Shown piece after piece: positions 1-10,779 of a stretch of 44,664 nt of DNA. The notes under the pieces were generated by a model. That model was not told where the DNA came from. It searched no databases and saw only the letters and a program-made list of their open reading frames with translations. The stretch is from Candidatus Velthaea sp. (GTDB lineage Bacteria; Vulcanimicrobiota; Vulcanimicrobiia; Vulcanimicrobiales; Vulcanimicrobiaceae). The stretch spans positions 1 through 44,664 of the forward strand of contig JBEKHC010000036.1 in NCBI GenBank assembly GCA_050012475.1, read 5' to 3'. The stretch's first letter is position 1; every line of letters begins with the position of its first letter. Position numbers and translations under genes: made by a program.

Positions 1-1
1 G

Positions 2-1816
2 CTAGATGCTGGCGCTTTGCAAGCGTCGCAGCTCTTCGCGCAACCCAGCGATCTCGCGCCGCATCGCGACCGCTTGGAGGTGAGCTCGCAGCGCGCCGCA
101 ACGGCGCACGAACTGCGTCAGAACCTCCGCTTCGTCGCGAGTAAACGCCGAGCCGTCGCTATGGCCGTCGAAAAAGACCAACGCGTCGACGTACGCGTTG
201 GGTGCCAGCGTCAGAATCAATTCCGCCTGATCGTCTCCCGCTCGCTCGTCGAGGTGTCCGCGTAAAACTCCGATCGACGCGGTTTCGCGCACGTCGTCGC
301 GGAGCTTTCGAATCAACGCGTCGTCGGCGCTGAATTGTTGGGCGGCTTCGGGGTTCCAGTTATGCTGCGATGTCAGGCGAAACGTCCCATCCTCATCGAG
401 GCGGAATAACGCTGCACCGGCCAAATCGAACGCCGCACACGGACGGTCGACGATTGCCGCTTCGATCGTTTCACTCGAGGTCGTGACCGCGAGTTCCTCG
501 ACGGCCGCATCGAGCTCGCGCTTACCGTGATACAGCCGCACGAACAGGAACCGATCGATGAGCGCATTGACCGCGGCTTTGACCCGCTCGACGAGCGGCG
601 CGATTACCACGAGCGCAATCGCGAGGATCAGCGTCGACAAAACGTGGTTCTCCTCGAGCACTCGATGCGTCGAGAGCACGGCCGCCTCGAAGACCATCGC
701 GATGGCGACGGCAATGACGCCCAGCGTCAGACCGCGGTTGACGATGACGTTGAGCGGCAGGACACGACGCCGCATGACGGCGTAGCCGATGCTCAGCGGG
801 ATGAGCGCATTCACGAGATACCCGGCGTCGAGTGTCGCTTCGGACGGCGTCCAGTGGATGCGGTCGAACAAGGGCTGCCACAAACTCGTGACCTCGGTGC
901 TTTCGGCGAGCAGATAGAAAAGCAGCCCCGGGATGCAGCCGTAAATGACGGTTCGCAGCTTCAGCCGCTCTGCCGGCGTTAGGATGCGCAGTTTCGAGAT
1001 GAGCGCGACGACGATGAGCGGATAGGTCGCGAGTTTGATCCACAGGGCAGCGATCCAAATCGCATGGTGCGGATGCCCGAATTCCGCTCCGGCACCGGCA
1101 ATCGTCAGTAGCGTCAGCACCACGACGAAAAGTGGCAGTGCGCGTTGGACCGGGGCGCGCCAGCCCTCGGTGCGGTCGGTCGGAAAGCGCAGCGAGAACG
1201 TGATGAATCCGGCCAGACCCGTTGCCTGCAACAGAGCAGAAAGAACGTCTTGCGGCAACCACAGCGATTGCGGCAGCAGCGAGTAGAAGACATAGTTCTC
1301 GCCCGGATTGAACCAAAGCGCGTAAAAGAAGAGGCCGAGAACGTCCCGTCGTTCGGGAAAATTCCAGGCCAAGAACGCAGCAATCGCAACGAAAGCGATG
1401 CCCAAGAGTTCGGCGATGAAGAGCAGGAGGCGTTCGGAGAACGGCGGCTCGCGTTGGACGGGGTCGAGGTCCACCGAGCGCAGCGCGCCGTCCGGTGCGA
1501 TGAGGTTCAGCGTGATTCGGTGCCCGGGCAGAAGATAGGCGTGCCCTCCGAGGCCGCCGTACAAGTCGAAAAGCGTTGCGCTGGGCGTATGCGAGAAATC
1601 GATCCGGTCACCGGGCGCAACGCCGGTCGCGGCATGCACGCCGGCCGCAGCCGCCGGACCGCCTGGATCGACCGTCACGATCCGCCCCGCAAAGTCGACG
1701 GTCAATCCGATCGCGGCAAGCGGATCGAACGGCCGCCGCAGATCGGGTGCGATCGTCACGAGGGCCCACGCCGTGAGGAGGGCGACGATCGTTCGCACCA
1801 GCCGCGCGCGCTTCAT
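2..1816 (-). CDS. Multi-pass membrane protein with N-terminal PDZ-like and C-terminal GAF-like domain
   Basis: 604-aa ORF. VDPGGPAAAAGV...PGDRI is a PDZ-like motif; many hydrophobic helices follow; the C-terminus has a GAF-like segment (AALFRLDEDGTF...DGSAFTRDEAEVL). No kinase or cyclase output domain seen. Confidence 0.65.
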   Translation of the reverse strand: MKRARLVRTIVALLTAWALVTIAPDLRRPFDPLAAIGLTVDFAGRIVTVDPGGPAAAAGVHAATGVAPGDRIDFSHTPSATLFDLYGGLGGHAYLLPGHRITLNLIAPDGALRSVDLDPVQREPPFSERLLLFIAELLGIAFVAIAAFLAWNFPERRDVLGLFFYALWFNPGENYVFYSLLPQSLWLPQDVLSALLQATGLAGFITFSLRFPTDRTEGWRAPVQRALPLFVVVLTLLTIAGAGAEFGHPHHAIWIAALWIKLATYPLIVVALISKLRILTPAERLKLRTVIYGCIPGLLFYLLAESTEVTSLWQPLFDRIHWTPSEATLDAGYLVNALIPLSIGYAVMRRRVLPLNVIVNRGLTLGVIAVAIAMVFEAAVLSTHRVLEENHVLSTLILAIALVVIAPLVERVKAAVNALIDRFLFVRLYHGKRELDAAVEELAVTTSSETIEAAIVDRPCAAFDLAGAALFRLDEDGTFRLTSQHNWNPEAAQQFSADDALIRKLRDDVRETASIGVLRGHLDERAGDDQAELILTLAPNAYVDALVFFDGHSDGSAFTRDEAEVLTQFVRRCGALRAHLQAVAMRREIAGLREELRRLQSASI

Positions 1817-1822
1817 GTCACA

Positions 1823-3442
1823 CTAGTAACCCAGCGCTAACGAATCGGCGCGCGGGTCGCCGCCGCCGGCGAGCGTGCCCCGTTCGCTGTCGATCGCGAT
1901 GGCATGCGCGTGTCCCATCTCGTTGCAGTACGGACCGATCTCGTGCACGAGGTGACCGCAGTCGCGCAAGGCCGCGACGATCGCCGGGTCCATGCGCGAT
2001 TCGACGATGACCGAGTCGGCGGCGCCGATGTCGGTTCGATTCGCGATCAGGTGGCGACCAAAAATCCAGCGCGGCGTGTCGAGGGCTTGCTGGACGTTGA
2101 GCCCGCGGTCGTAGATCTGGTGCAGCAGCTGGACTTGAATCTGCGGTTGACCGTCGCCGCCCATCGTACCGAAAACCAGCTCGGGCCGGCCGTCGCGCAG
2201 CACCATCGGCGGCGAGAGCGTGTGCAGCGGGCGTTTTCCGCCCGCATACACGTTGGGATGACCGGGGACGACCGAGAAATACGAACCGCGGTTGTGCAAC
2301 ACCACGCCGGTGCCTTCGGCGACGATCCCGCTGCCGAAGTTCATGAACAAGCTTTCGATGAGCGACACCGCGCCGCCGTGCTCGTCGACGACGCACAGGA
2401 AAATCGTGTCGCCCCGATCCGGCACGCTCGCCGTCGGCCGCGCGCGCCGCGGATCGAGCGTCGCGCGCAGCGCGGCAAGCTGGGCGGCGGCCAGCTTGGC
2501 GCCGATCCGGCTGTCGTGAAACGCCGGATCGGCGAAATTCGCGTTGCGTTCGCCGATCGCACACTTCATCGCTTCGATGGCGAGATGGTTCCAGCTCGGC
2601 TCGTCGAGCGCGCCGTCGGCCTCGAGCATACCCATTGCCATGAGCATGGTCGAACCTTGTGAATTGGGTGGGTGCGCCAAGAGCTCGCGGCCTTTCCAGG
2701 CGATCCGCAGCGGCTGGGTGGGCTCGGTGCGATGTGTCGCCAAGTCGTCGAGCGACATCCGGTTGCCGCGCGCGTTGAGCGTGCGCACGATGCGTTCCGC
2801 CGTGCGGCCGGTGTAGAACGCGTCGGCGCCGCCGGCCCGAATCATCGCCAGCGTAGCGGCGAGGTCGGGATTGCGGACGACGTCGCCGGCCCGCGGAATA
2901 CCCTGGCCTAGGAAGACGCGTTCGGCTTCGCGATCGGCTTCCAGCACCTCGGTGTTGGCGGCGAAGTAGCCGGCGACGACGTCGGTGACGACGTAACCGT
3001 CGCGCGCGAACGTTTCGGCGGGTGCCAGCAACTCATGGAGTCCGCGGGTACCATGCGCGCGTGCGACATCTTCCCACGAGCGCACCGCGCCGGGAACCGT
3101 GACCGTAAGCGCGCCGCGCTGCGGGAGCACCGGTCCGTCCGGGCCGCGCAAGCGATCCAACGACGCGGCTTTGGGCGTTCGCCCGGTGCCGTTGTAACTG
3201 ACGGCCGCGCCGCGCCCGGGATCGTAGATGAGCCAGAACGCATCGCCGCCGATCCCGCAACTCGCCGGGTAGACGACGGTCAACACGGCGTTGGCGGCGA
3301 TGGCCGCGTCGACGGCGTTGCCGCCGCGCCGCAGCACGTCGATCCCGGCCAGCGTTGCCTGCGGATGCGGTGTCGCGACCATCCCGCGCGTGCTCCGTGC
3401 GACCGCGCGCGAGGGGTGGCGTGCCGAACCGTTGACGCTCAT
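1823..3442 (-). CDS. ggt: Gamma-glutamyltransferase family protein
   Basis: GGNAVDAAIA, TVPGAVRSW, GDT autoproteolysis site, FGSG, KRPLHTLSP, GTMGGDGQPQ, GGGDPRAD. Start moved to MSVNG at 3442. Confidence 0.92.
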   Translation of the reverse strand: MSVNGSARHPSRAVARSTRGMVATPHPQATLAGIDVLRRGGNAVDAAIAANAVLTVVYPASCGIGGDAFWLIYDPGRGAAVSYNGTGRTPKAASLDRLRGPDGPVLPQRGALTVTVPGAVRSWEDVARAHGTRGLHELLAPAETFARDGYVVTDVVAGYFAANTEVLEADREAERVFLGQGIPRAGDVVRNPDLAATLAMIRAGGADAFYTGRTAERIVRTLNARGNRMSLDDLATHRTEPTQPLRIAWKGRELLAHPPNSQGSTMLMAMGMLEADGALDEPSWNHLAIEAMKCAIGERNANFADPAFHDSRIGAKLAAAQLAALRATLDPRRARPTASVPDRGDTIFLCVVDEHGGAVSLIESLFMNFGSGIVAEGTGVVLHNRGSYFSVVPGHPNVYAGGKRPLHTLSPPMVLRDGRPELVFGTMGGDGQPQIQVQLLHQIYDRGLNVQQALDTPRWIFGRHLIANRTDIGAADSVIVESRMDPAIVAALRDCGHLVHEIGPYCNEMGHAHAIAIDSERGTLAGGGDPRADSLALGY

Positions 3443-3456
3443 GGAAGCGGACCTCG

Positions 3457-5064
3457 TCACATCCGAAAGATGCCGGTTTGCGTGGGCCGCGCCGGCTGGT
3501 ACCGCGCGGCCCGCAGCCCGATCTCGAGCACCCGGCGCGTGTCGAGCGGATCGATGATCCCGTCGTCCCACAGCCGCGCCGTGCTGTAATACGGATTGCC
3601 TTCGGCTTCGTATTTATCCAAGATCGGCGTTTTGAAGGCCGCTTGCGCGGCGTCGGAAAGCGGTTGGCCTTTGTCGCGGTCGGCCTCCATCCGGACGGCG
3701 AGCAGCACGGAAGCGGCTTGCGCTCCGCCCATGACCGAGATGCGCGCGTTGGGCCACATCCAGAGCTGGCGCGGACCGAACGCGCGGCCGCACATGCCGT
3801 AATTTCCGGCGCCGAAGCTGCCGCCGATGATGACGGTGAACTTGGGCACTTGCGCGCACGCGACGGCGGTCACGAGCTTCGCGCCGTCTTTGGCGATCCC
3901 GCCGTTTTCGTAGCTGCGCCCGACCATGAACCCGGTGATGTTCTGCAGGAACAGCAGCGGCGTATTGCGCTGCGTGCACAGTTCGATGAAGTGCGTGCCT
4001 TTGAGCGCGCTTTCGGAAAACAGGATCCCGTTGTTGGCCAGGATGCCGACCGGATGGCCCTCGATGTGGGCGAAGCCGCACACGAGCGTCGTGCCGTAGC
4101 GCGCCTTGAACTCATGAAATTCCGAACCGTCGACGATGCGCGCGATGACTTCGCGCACGTCGTACGCTTGGCGCGCGTCGCTGGGAACGATGCCGTACAA
4201 CTCGTCGGGCGGCAGCACGGGCGGTCGCGGCTTGCTCATCGGCCACGGATCGAAAGGCCGGCGATTGGTATTCGCCACGATCGCGCGCACGATGCCCAAT
4301 GCGTGTTCGTCGTCAACGGCGAAATGATCGGCGACGCCCGAAACCCGGGTGTGGACGTCGGCGCCGCCGAGTTCTTCGGCCGTGACGATCTCACCCGTCG
4401 CGGCCTGGACCAGCGGCGGGCCGCCCAGGAAGATCGTGCCGGTTTCGTTGACGATCACGGTCTCGTCCGACATCGCCGGCACGTAGGCGCCGCCCGCCGT
4501 GCACGAGCCCATCACCGCGGCAATCTGCGGGATTCCCTGCGCCGACATCGTCGCTTGGTTGTAGAAGATCCGGCCGAAATGCTCGCGGTCGGGAAAGACC
4601 TCGTTCTGCAGCGGCAAGAACGCGCCGCCCGAGTCGACGAGATAGACGCAGACGAGTCCGTTCTGCTCGGCGATCTCTTGCGCGCGCAGATGTTTTTTCA
4701 CCGTTGCCGGGTAGTACGTCCCGCCCTTGACGGTGGCGTCGTTCGCGACGATCGCGCAGTCGATGCCGGCGATCGTGCCGATCCCGGTGACGATGCCGGC
4801 GCCCGGCGCGGCGTCGCCGTACATGCCGTTGGCCGCCAGCGCCGAGAACTCGAGGAACGCGCTGGCCGGGTCGATCAGGCGGTCGATGCGATCCCGCGCC
4901 GTGAGCTTGCCGCGCTTGCGGTGGCGTTCGACGGCGTCGCGGCCGCCGCCGGCGCGCGTGCGCGCGAGTTGGACGCGCAAATCGTCGACGAGCGCCGCCA
5001 TCGCGGCGAAATTTCGCGCGAAATCGCCAGCGCGTTCGTCGATGCGGCTTTCGAGGACACTCAT
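3457..5064 (-). CDS. Methylcrotonoyl-CoA carboxylase, carboxyltransferase (beta) subunit
   Basis: [59 protein letters not shown] are characteristic of MCC-beta/LiuB. Confidence 0.93.
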   Translation of the reverse strand: MSVLESRIDERAGDFARNFAAMAALVDDLRVQLARTRAGGGRDAVERHRKRGKLTARDRIDRLIDPASAFLEFSALAANGMYGDAAPGAGIVTGIGTIAGIDCAIVANDATVKGGTYYPATVKKHLRAQEIAEQNGLVCVYLVDSGGAFLPLQNEVFPDREHFGRIFYNQATMSAQGIPQIAAVMGSCTAGGAYVPAMSDETVIVNETGTIFLGGPPLVQAATGEIVTAEELGGADVHTRVSGVADHFAVDDEHALGIVRAIVANTNRRPFDPWPMSKPRPPVLPPDELYGIVPSDARQAYDVREVIARIVDGSEFHEFKARYGTTLVCGFAHIEGHPVGILANNGILFSESALKGTHFIELCTQRNTPLLFLQNITGFMVGRSYENGGIAKDGAKLVTAVACAQVPKFTVIIGGSFGAGNYGMCGRAFGPRQLWMWPNARISVMGGAQAASVLLAVRMEADRDKGQPLSDAAQAAFKTPILDKYEAEGNPYYSTARLWDDGIIDPLDTRRVLEIGLRAARYQPARPTQTGIFRM

Positions 5065-5204
5065 GTGCGAGCGGCTTTACGCATGGAGCGGCCGTAAACC
5101 GCTTTGGGGCGCGGGCCGCTGTGCAAAAGGCAGGTTAAATAGTGCCCGGCCCTTGCGCTCGCCGGAGGTTCGCTGCCGCGCGGCGGGAGATATAGTCCCA
5201 TAGC

Positions 5205-5789
5205 ATGGACGAGGCGCGCCCGCATCACATTTGCGGAATCGAGGAGCTGCACGCCGCGCCGCTCGACACGGCGCGCCGCGTGATTTCGATTTTAGACCCG
5301 AATGCCGCGCTGCCCCGTGAACTGGCGAATCTGCGCGCCGACCTGCTGGTGCTGCGTTTCGACGATGTGATCGTGGCCGGCGGCGACTATCGCGCTCCCG
5401 AACGCGACGACATCGAGCGGCTCCTGGCGTTCGATCGCGGGCACCTCGACGGCGACACGCTGGTCCTCCATTGTACGGCCGGCATCTCGCGCTCGACCGC
5501 GGCCTTCGCGATCCTGGCCGCGCAGCGACAGCCGGGAGCCGAGGCCGACGCGTTCGCGCAACTGCGCGCCATCCGGGCGCGGGCGTGGCCGAATTCCCTG
5601 ATGATCGCGCTGGCCGACGACATTCTCGACTTGCGCGGCCGGCTCGTGAGCGAGCTGCGCGAGCACTACAAAATGCAGCTCCGGCGGTATCCCGAGGTCG
5701 GACGCATGATGATCGGCCTGGGCCGCGAGCGCGAGATCCCGTTCGACCGCTTGATTCCCAACCCGCCCCGGCACGGCGAAACGAGCTAA
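5205..5789 (+). CDS. Protein-tyrosine-phosphatase-like protein (CX5R P-loop)
   Basis: HCTAGISRS active-site motif, ISILDP, LRFDD, WPN. Confidence 0.85.
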   Translation: MDEARPHHICGIEELHAAPLDTARRVISILDPNAALPRELANLRADLLVLRFDDVIVAGGDYRAPERDDIERLLAFDRGHLDGDTLVLHCTAGISRSTAAFAILAAQRQPGAEADAFAQLRAIRARAWPNSLMIALADDILDLRGRLVSELREHYKMQLRRYPEVGRMMIGLGREREIPFDRLIPNPPRHGETS

Positions 5790-5811
5790 GGGCGAAGGAT
5801 CGTCGCGCCCC

Positions 5812-6345
5812 TCAGCCTTGGAGGGCTTCCTCCAGCGCGGCACTCAAGGCTTCGACGCTCGGTTCGTCCTCGAACGGTTGGCCGTTGATGAAGAATGCCG
5901 GCGTGCCCTCGACCCCGCTCGATTCGGCGCGCTCGATGGCCGCGTCGAGTTCGGGAAGGTAGCGCCGTTCCGCGAGATCGTGCTCGAAGCGGTCGAGATC
6001 GGGGACACCCGCGGCCTGCGCGTAGGCGCCCAGCTTGTCTTCGCCCAGCGCGCGCGAATGGGCGAAGAGCTGGTCGTACATCTCCCAAAATCGGCCTTGC
6101 GCGCCGGCGGCCTCGGCGGCCTCGGCCGCGGCCTCGGCATGCGGGTGAATTTGACGCAGCGGAAATTGGCGGAAGACGAAGCGCAGGCGGCCGGCAAATC
6201 GGCGTTCGATCTCGGCCACCGCGGCGTGGGCTGCGCTGCAATACGGACATTGGAAGTCGCCGTATTCGATGAGCGTCAGGGGAGCATCGGCGGGTCCTCG
6301 CGTGTGATCGCGGGAGTCGACCGGAGAAAGTTCGATCTGGTCCAT
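5812..6345 (-). CDS. DsbA-family thioredoxin-fold protein
   Basis: EYGDFQCPYC, FPL..IHPHA, cis-Pro loop GTPAFFING. Start at MDQIE (6345) or 6363. Confidence 0.9.
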   Translation of the reverse strand: MDQIELSPVDSRDHTRGPADAPLTLIEYGDFQCPYCSAAHAAVAEIERRFAGRLRFVFRQFPLRQIHPHAEAAAEAAEAAGAQGRFWEMYDQLFAHSRALGEDKLGAYAQAAGVPDLDRFEHDLAERRYLPELDAAIERAESSGVEGTPAFFINGQPFEDEPSVEALSAALEEALQG

Positions 6346-6457
6346 GACGCAGACGTGTTCCACGAAAGCGCCGCTCCAAACGCCGCGATTGCGTCCAGCG
6401 TCGATTCGAGCAGGCGGGAGTCGCGCATCTACATGCGAAGCGCCGCTATCCTAACCC

Positions 6458-6826
6458 ATGAAGAATCTGTCCGACGCCGCCGGACTTCCCCCGCGCGGAA
6501 CGCCGAAGAACTATCTCGCTGCTTGGCTCTTGGTGATGCTCAAGCGTTCGCATCTGCACGGTTATGAGATCATGAAGGAGCTGCGTGACGAATTCGGCAT
6601 CGCGTGCGACCCGGGAACGCTGTATCGGACGCTGCGCCAACTCGAGGGTAACGCGCTGATCCGATCGCACTGGGACGCGCACGATCAGGGCCCCGCGCGC
6701 CGGGTTTACGAGTTGACCGACCGCGGCAGCGAGGCGCTCGTTCGCTGGAACGATACGCTGCACGGCTACCGGGCCAACCTCGACGCGTTCTTTCGTGTCT
6801 ACGGTGCGGAGCAGCCGGGCCGATGA
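6458..6826 (+). CDS. PadR-family transcriptional regulator
   Basis: HGYEI, PGTLYRTLRQLE, GPARRVYELT. Confidence 0.9.
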   Translation: MKNLSDAAGLPPRGTPKNYLAAWLLVMLKRSHLHGYEIMKELRDEFGIACDPGTLYRTLRQLEGNALIRSHWDAHDQGPARRVYELTDRGSEALVRWNDTLHGYRANLDAFFRVYGAEQPGR

Positions 6827-7599
6827 TCAGCATCCGCTTTTTGGGAACCGGCGGCGCGCGCTTCGTGGTCGCTCGCCAAATTCGCGCCTCGGGCGGAATT
6901 TGGCTGCGCTTCGGCGAGACCCAGATCCATGTCGACCCTGGGCCGGGTGCGCTCGTGCGCGCGCTTTCGGCGGTCCCGCCGTGCGAACCGCCCCAGCTCG
7001 ACGCGATCGTGCTTTCGCACAAGCACCTCGATCATTCCGGCGACGTCAACGTGATGATCGAAGCGATGTGTCAGGGCGGTTGGAAGCGGCGCGGCGCGTT
7101 GCTTGCGCCGGCCGACGCGCTCGATTTCGAACCGGTCGTGCTGCCGTACGTCCGCACCTTCGTCCCGCGCGAAGTGCGGTTGGTCGAACGCAGCGAACCG
7201 ATTGCGATCAACGACGTCGAGGTTCGAACGTCGATCCGGCATCATCACTCGGACGTCGAAACCTACGGCCTCCATTTTCGCTATGCCGGAAAGACGGTGT
7301 CGTATTTGCCGTGCACGCGGTTCTTTCCCGAACTCATCGCCGACTACCGCGCGCACGAGCCGGACGTGCTGATCCTCAACGTGCTGCGATTCCGCGACAC
7401 GATGGACGTCGATCATCTGACCTTCGACGATGCGCGCGCGCTCATCGGCGGCATTCGGCCGAAAACCGCGATCCTGACCCACTTCGGGACGAAGATGCTC
7501 GAACAGGATCCGCACAAGCTCGCGCGCGGACTCGAAGATGAGTTCGGCTTGCGCGCACACGCCGCATACGACGGCTGGACATTCGACGCCCTTGTCTGA
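6823..7599 (+). CDS. MBL-fold metallo-hydrolase
   Basis: FLGTGG, DPGPG, HKHLDH motif, LTHFG, AYDG. ATGA overlap with the padR-like gene. Confidence 0.9.
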   Translation: MISIRFLGTGGARFVVARQIRASGGIWLRFGETQIHVDPGPGALVRALSAVPPCEPPQLDAIVLSHKHLDHSGDVNVMIEAMCQGGWKRRGALLAPADALDFEPVVLPYVRTFVPREVRLVERSEPIAINDVEVRTSIRHHHSDVETYGLHFRYAGKTVSYLPCTRFFPELIADYRAHEPDVLILNVLRFRDTMDVDHLTFDDARALIGGIRPKTAILTHFGTKMLEQDPHKLARGLEDEFGLRAHAAYDGWTFDALV

Positions 7600-8029
7600 A
7601 GCCGCACCGGTCGAGATCGAGATTGCCAAACCCGGCACCGCCGATGCATTTTGGCGCACCCACGACCGGGATTGGCGGTCTGAACTGTGGGATTTCCGCG
7701 TCGTTTGGCACGCGCAGACCTACGACATCGTCGCGCGCGACGGTACGCTGGCAATCGCCGGCCTGCGCTTGCGCATCGCTGCGTCGCTGGCTCACATCGA
7801 CGCACTCTACGTGTTGCCCGCCTACCGCAAGCGCGGCTTGGGCCGGCTGCTGCTTGCGCGCGGGGAAGAACTCGCGAAGTATCACAACTGTCACAAGGTC
7901 ACCATCGAAGTGTTCGCCGAGCACGCCGCGCAAGCGTTTCTCGAGCGCTGCGGCTACAAGACCGAAGCGGTCCTCGCGCAGCACACGTTCAAGCTCGACA
8001 CGGCCGTTCTGCGCAAATTTCTATTGTAG
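7592..8029 (+). CDS. GNAT N-acetyltransferase
   Basis: LYVLPAYRKRGLGRLLL acetyl-CoA motif. Probable TTG start at 7592 overlapping the upstream stop. Confidence 0.85.
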   Translation: MSEAAPVEIEIAKPGTADAFWRTHDRDWRSELWDFRVVWHAQTYDIVARDGTLAIAGLRLRIAASLAHIDALYVLPAYRKRGLGRLLLARGEELAKYHNCHKVTIEVFAEHAAQAFLERCGYKTEAVLAQHTFKLDTAVLRKFLL

Positions 8030-9211
8030 GCGCGCGCGCCGCGGCTGACCACGCCAGAAACCCGGCGGGCGCGCCTGCGGCCGCCGGTTCGGTTGTTGCC
8101 CGGCAAACAGCGGCGGCCGGCGCGGCAACCCGCGGCCGGCGAGCAGCAGGTCCGTCATCGGACGCCAGCCGGCGCCGAGTTGCGCCGGACGCTGCTCGGT
8201 CAGACTGCCGCCGAAGAGCAAGATGTCGCCGTGGTTGCTCGACGCGCTCACCAGCGGTCCACCCTCGCCGGCGATCTGGACGGTGTCGGTCTCGTCGCGG
8301 CCGATCAGCGGCGCCGCCGGCGCCGCCGGCAAATCGGTGAACACGTGGCCGTCGAGGGTGCGCACCCCGAGTTGCGCACCGCCGTTGACGCCGAGCGCAA
8401 TCGACCCGCGATCCGATTCGAAGCGCGCCAGTCCGGGCTCGAAGCTCCCGTTGTCGAAGACGATGTTGCCGGTGAGGGTCGTCGCCTCGATCTGCTTCAC
8501 CCGGCAGGCGTCGAAGACTTGGTCGGCGCGGTTGCTGCGAATGCGCAGCCGGTCAAAGCTCGAGTCCAGCGCGTAGAAACTCCCGTTGAGCGGCTGCACG
8601 AACGCGTCACCGCTCACGCGGTTGAAGGTCATGCGCCCGCGCCGGTCCGCGGCGATGGTGGTTCCGTGGTAGTCGTTGAGCGTCACGGCGCCGCGATCCG
8701 AGCGCACGTTGACCAAGCCGGTTGATTCCGGGATCATCAGCGTCAGCGCCGGCGGCGGGGGTCCGCCGGGTACGAACGGCCGCAGCGCCTCCACGACGCG
8801 CACGACATCGTGCATCCCCGGCGCCAGCTTGGGCACCGGGAAGTCTTCGGGCAGCAGGGTCGTGATAACCGTGCCTTCGCGGCCGTGCACCTCGGCCACG
8901 CTGACGGTCGGAATGAGAAAGCTCGGACGTGTCGGCTGGGTGCTGCGCGAGGCGTTGAACCCCGCTCCGTCGGGCCAGTCGATTTGCACGGTATTGCGGT
9001 TCCAGGTGCGGATCGTGATCGGCGCGGCGTGTCCGATCACTTGAACGACGGCTTGCCCGGTGACGTCGAACGAGGTGGTCGTCGCACCGGCACGCTGAGC
9101 GCAGCCGAAGATCGCGCTGGAGAATAGCACTCCGGCGGCGATCCACCGGCCGGCGCCGGAGCGGAAGGGGCCCACGCTTCCCATCGTACCCGGCGCGCCC
9201 CCGGCGGTCAT
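8021..9211 (-). CDS. Secreted DUF4097-like beta-strand-repeat protein
   Basis: Signal-like N-terminus; repeated 'SDRGAV/TLTGNI/SDRGSI/TLDGHV' units; TAATG coupling to the kinase stop. Confidence 0.6.
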   Translation of the reverse strand: MTAGGAPGTMGSVGPFRSGAGRWIAAGVLFSSAIFGCAQRAGATTTSFDVTGQAVVQVIGHAAPITIRTWNRNTVQIDWPDGAGFNASRSTQPTRPSFLIPTVSVAEVHGREGTVITTLLPEDFPVPKLAPGMHDVVRVVEALRPFVPGGPPPPALTLMIPESTGLVNVRSDRGAVTLNDYHGTTIAADRRGRMTFNRVSGDAFVQPLNGSFYALDSSFDRLRIRSNRADQVFDACRVKQIEATTLTGNIVFDNGSFEPGLARFESDRGSIALGVNGGAQLGVRTLDGHVFTDLPAAPAAPLIGRDETDTVQIAGEGGPLVSASSNHGDILLFGGSLTEQRPAQLGAGWRPMTDLLLAGRGLPRRPPLFAGQQPNRRPQARPPGFWRGQPRRARLQ

Positions 9212-10629
9212 TAGGTTTCGATTGAAGTTGTCCGGGTTGCCGGGAGTACCACGCGAAAGACCGAGCCGCCGCCGGGCCGTGGGGTGGCCGAGACCGATCC
9301 GCCGTGAATCCGCGCGATGCTGCGCACGATCGCGAGGCCCAGCCCAGTTCCTTCGATGACCCGCGAATGCGAGGCGTCCGAGCGGAAGAAGCGGTCGAAG
9401 AGCCGCTCGGCTGCGACGGGGTCGATGCCGATTCCGGTATCCGCGATTTCGACGATTGCGTTGGGCGGCGCGGCGGTGAGGGTGACGTCGATCCGGCCGG
9501 ATTCGGTGAATTTGATCGCGTTGTCGACCAAATTGCTGAACAGTTGCCGGAGCAGCGATTCGTCGCCCACCACGATCGGCGCGGCGGCCGGAAGGTGCGC
9601 TTCGATCGTCAGCGCTTTGCGCTCGGCGCGAGAGCGAGCGTGCGTGACCACGTCGGTGAGGAGCCGATCGAGCGCCAGCGGTTCTTTGGGGATTTGATCG
9701 CCCGAATCGGCTTTGGCCAGGGTCAGCATCCCGCTCACCATGCCCGCCAGCTGCTCGGATTCGGTGACGATCGCATCGAGCGACTCGCTGCGCACCGCGG
9801 GGTCGTCATTGCCCCAGCGTTTGAGCAGTTGGGCGTTGGCGTTGATTACCGTCAGCGGCGTACGTAGTTCGTGCGACGCGTCGGCGATGAACTGCCGCTC
9901 GCGAGCAAAGGCCTCTTCCAGGCGGGCGAGCATCGCGTTGAACGCCGCTGCCAGTTTGCCGACTTCATCGGTGCGGGTCGAGGGGATGCGTCGGTCGAGC
10001 TGGTCCGAACCGATCTCGGCCATCGCCGCGGTCAGCCGTTTGATCGGATCGATCGCCGTCCCGGCGATGAAGAACGATGCCGCGCCGACGAGCAGCGCGC
10101 CGCCGATCGCCGACCAGATCAAAATCGTCCGGGCTTGGCGCAGCACGTAGTGAACGTTGTCGAGCGGTTCAGCGACCTGGGCGATCGCGACGGGTTGACC
10201 GTCGCTGCGCAACAGGCGGTCGAGAACCAGCAATTCGTCGCCGGCGGGGGTGCGAACGACCTCGAAGCGGGCGTCGCCGCCGCGAAAATCGACCGGCGCC
10301 GCAAGCTGCAGGGCGCCCATGTTGGTGCTCTTGGCCTCGGGGTAGCCGCGCAGCGAATCGATTTGGACGTAGGTGAATGGACCTGCCCAGTGGTCGAGAT
10401 TGGCCCGATCGGTGAGCGCGATCGACGGCTGGACCGGCTCGAACACATCGATCGAGCGCGTCGCATCGACGGTCTGCACGATCTGGTCGCTGGTCGCCGC
10501 GATGCGCAGTTTGGCTTGATCGAACAAAATCTGACGGAAAGCGAAATTGAGCGCGACGGCAGCCAGGATGATCACAGTGACGATCAGCGCGCCGTAAGAA
10601 ACGGCAATGCGCGTCCGCAGCGAGTTCAC
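9211..10629 (-). CDS. HAMP-domain sensor histidine kinase
   Basis: 2 TM, HAMP, H-box ASHELRTPLT, N-box NLVDNAIKF, G1 DTGIGI, G2 GTGLGLAI. GTG start at 10629 chosen because the upstream ORF extension runs through a repeat. Confidence 0.95.
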   Translation of the reverse strand: MNSLRTRIAVSYGALIVTVIILAAVALNFAFRQILFDQAKLRIAATSDQIVQTVDATRSIDVFEPVQPSIALTDRANLDHWAGPFTYVQIDSLRGYPEAKSTNMGALQLAAPVDFRGGDARFEVVRTPAGDELLVLDRLLRSDGQPVAIAQVAEPLDNVHYVLRQARTILIWSAIGGALLVGAASFFIAGTAIDPIKRLTAAMAEIGSDQLDRRIPSTRTDEVGKLAAAFNAMLARLEEAFARERQFIADASHELRTPLTVINANAQLLKRWGNDDPAVRSESLDAIVTESEQLAGMVSGMLTLAKADSGDQIPKEPLALDRLLTDVVTHARSRAERKALTIEAHLPAAAPIVVGDESLLRQLFSNLVDNAIKFTESGRIDVTLTAAPPNAIVEIADTGIGIDPVAAERLFDRFFRSDASHSRVIEGTGLGLAIVRSIARIHGGSVSATPRPGGGSVFRVVLPATRTTSIET

Positions 10630-10640
10630 GCCCGCGCGTC

Positions 10641-10765
10641 CCGCCGAACCCCACGCGACTTCCACGCAGCGCAAACGCCACGCGCGGCTTGCGCGCAGCG
10701 CAAACGCCACACGCGGCTCGGCGCGCAGCGCCGAACGCCACGGGTTCGACGAAGTCGAACCCTGC
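10641..10765 (-). repeat. Intergenic hairpin plus tandem palindromic repeat element, copy A
   Basis: On the - strand: GCAGGGTTCGAC-TTC-GTCGAACCC, then 3-4 units of ~27-31 nt (GTGGCG-TTCGGCGC-TGC-GCGCCGAG-CCGC). Homologous to 15941-16078. Confidence 0.85.
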
Positions 10766-10779
10766 CGCTGCTGTTGTTG

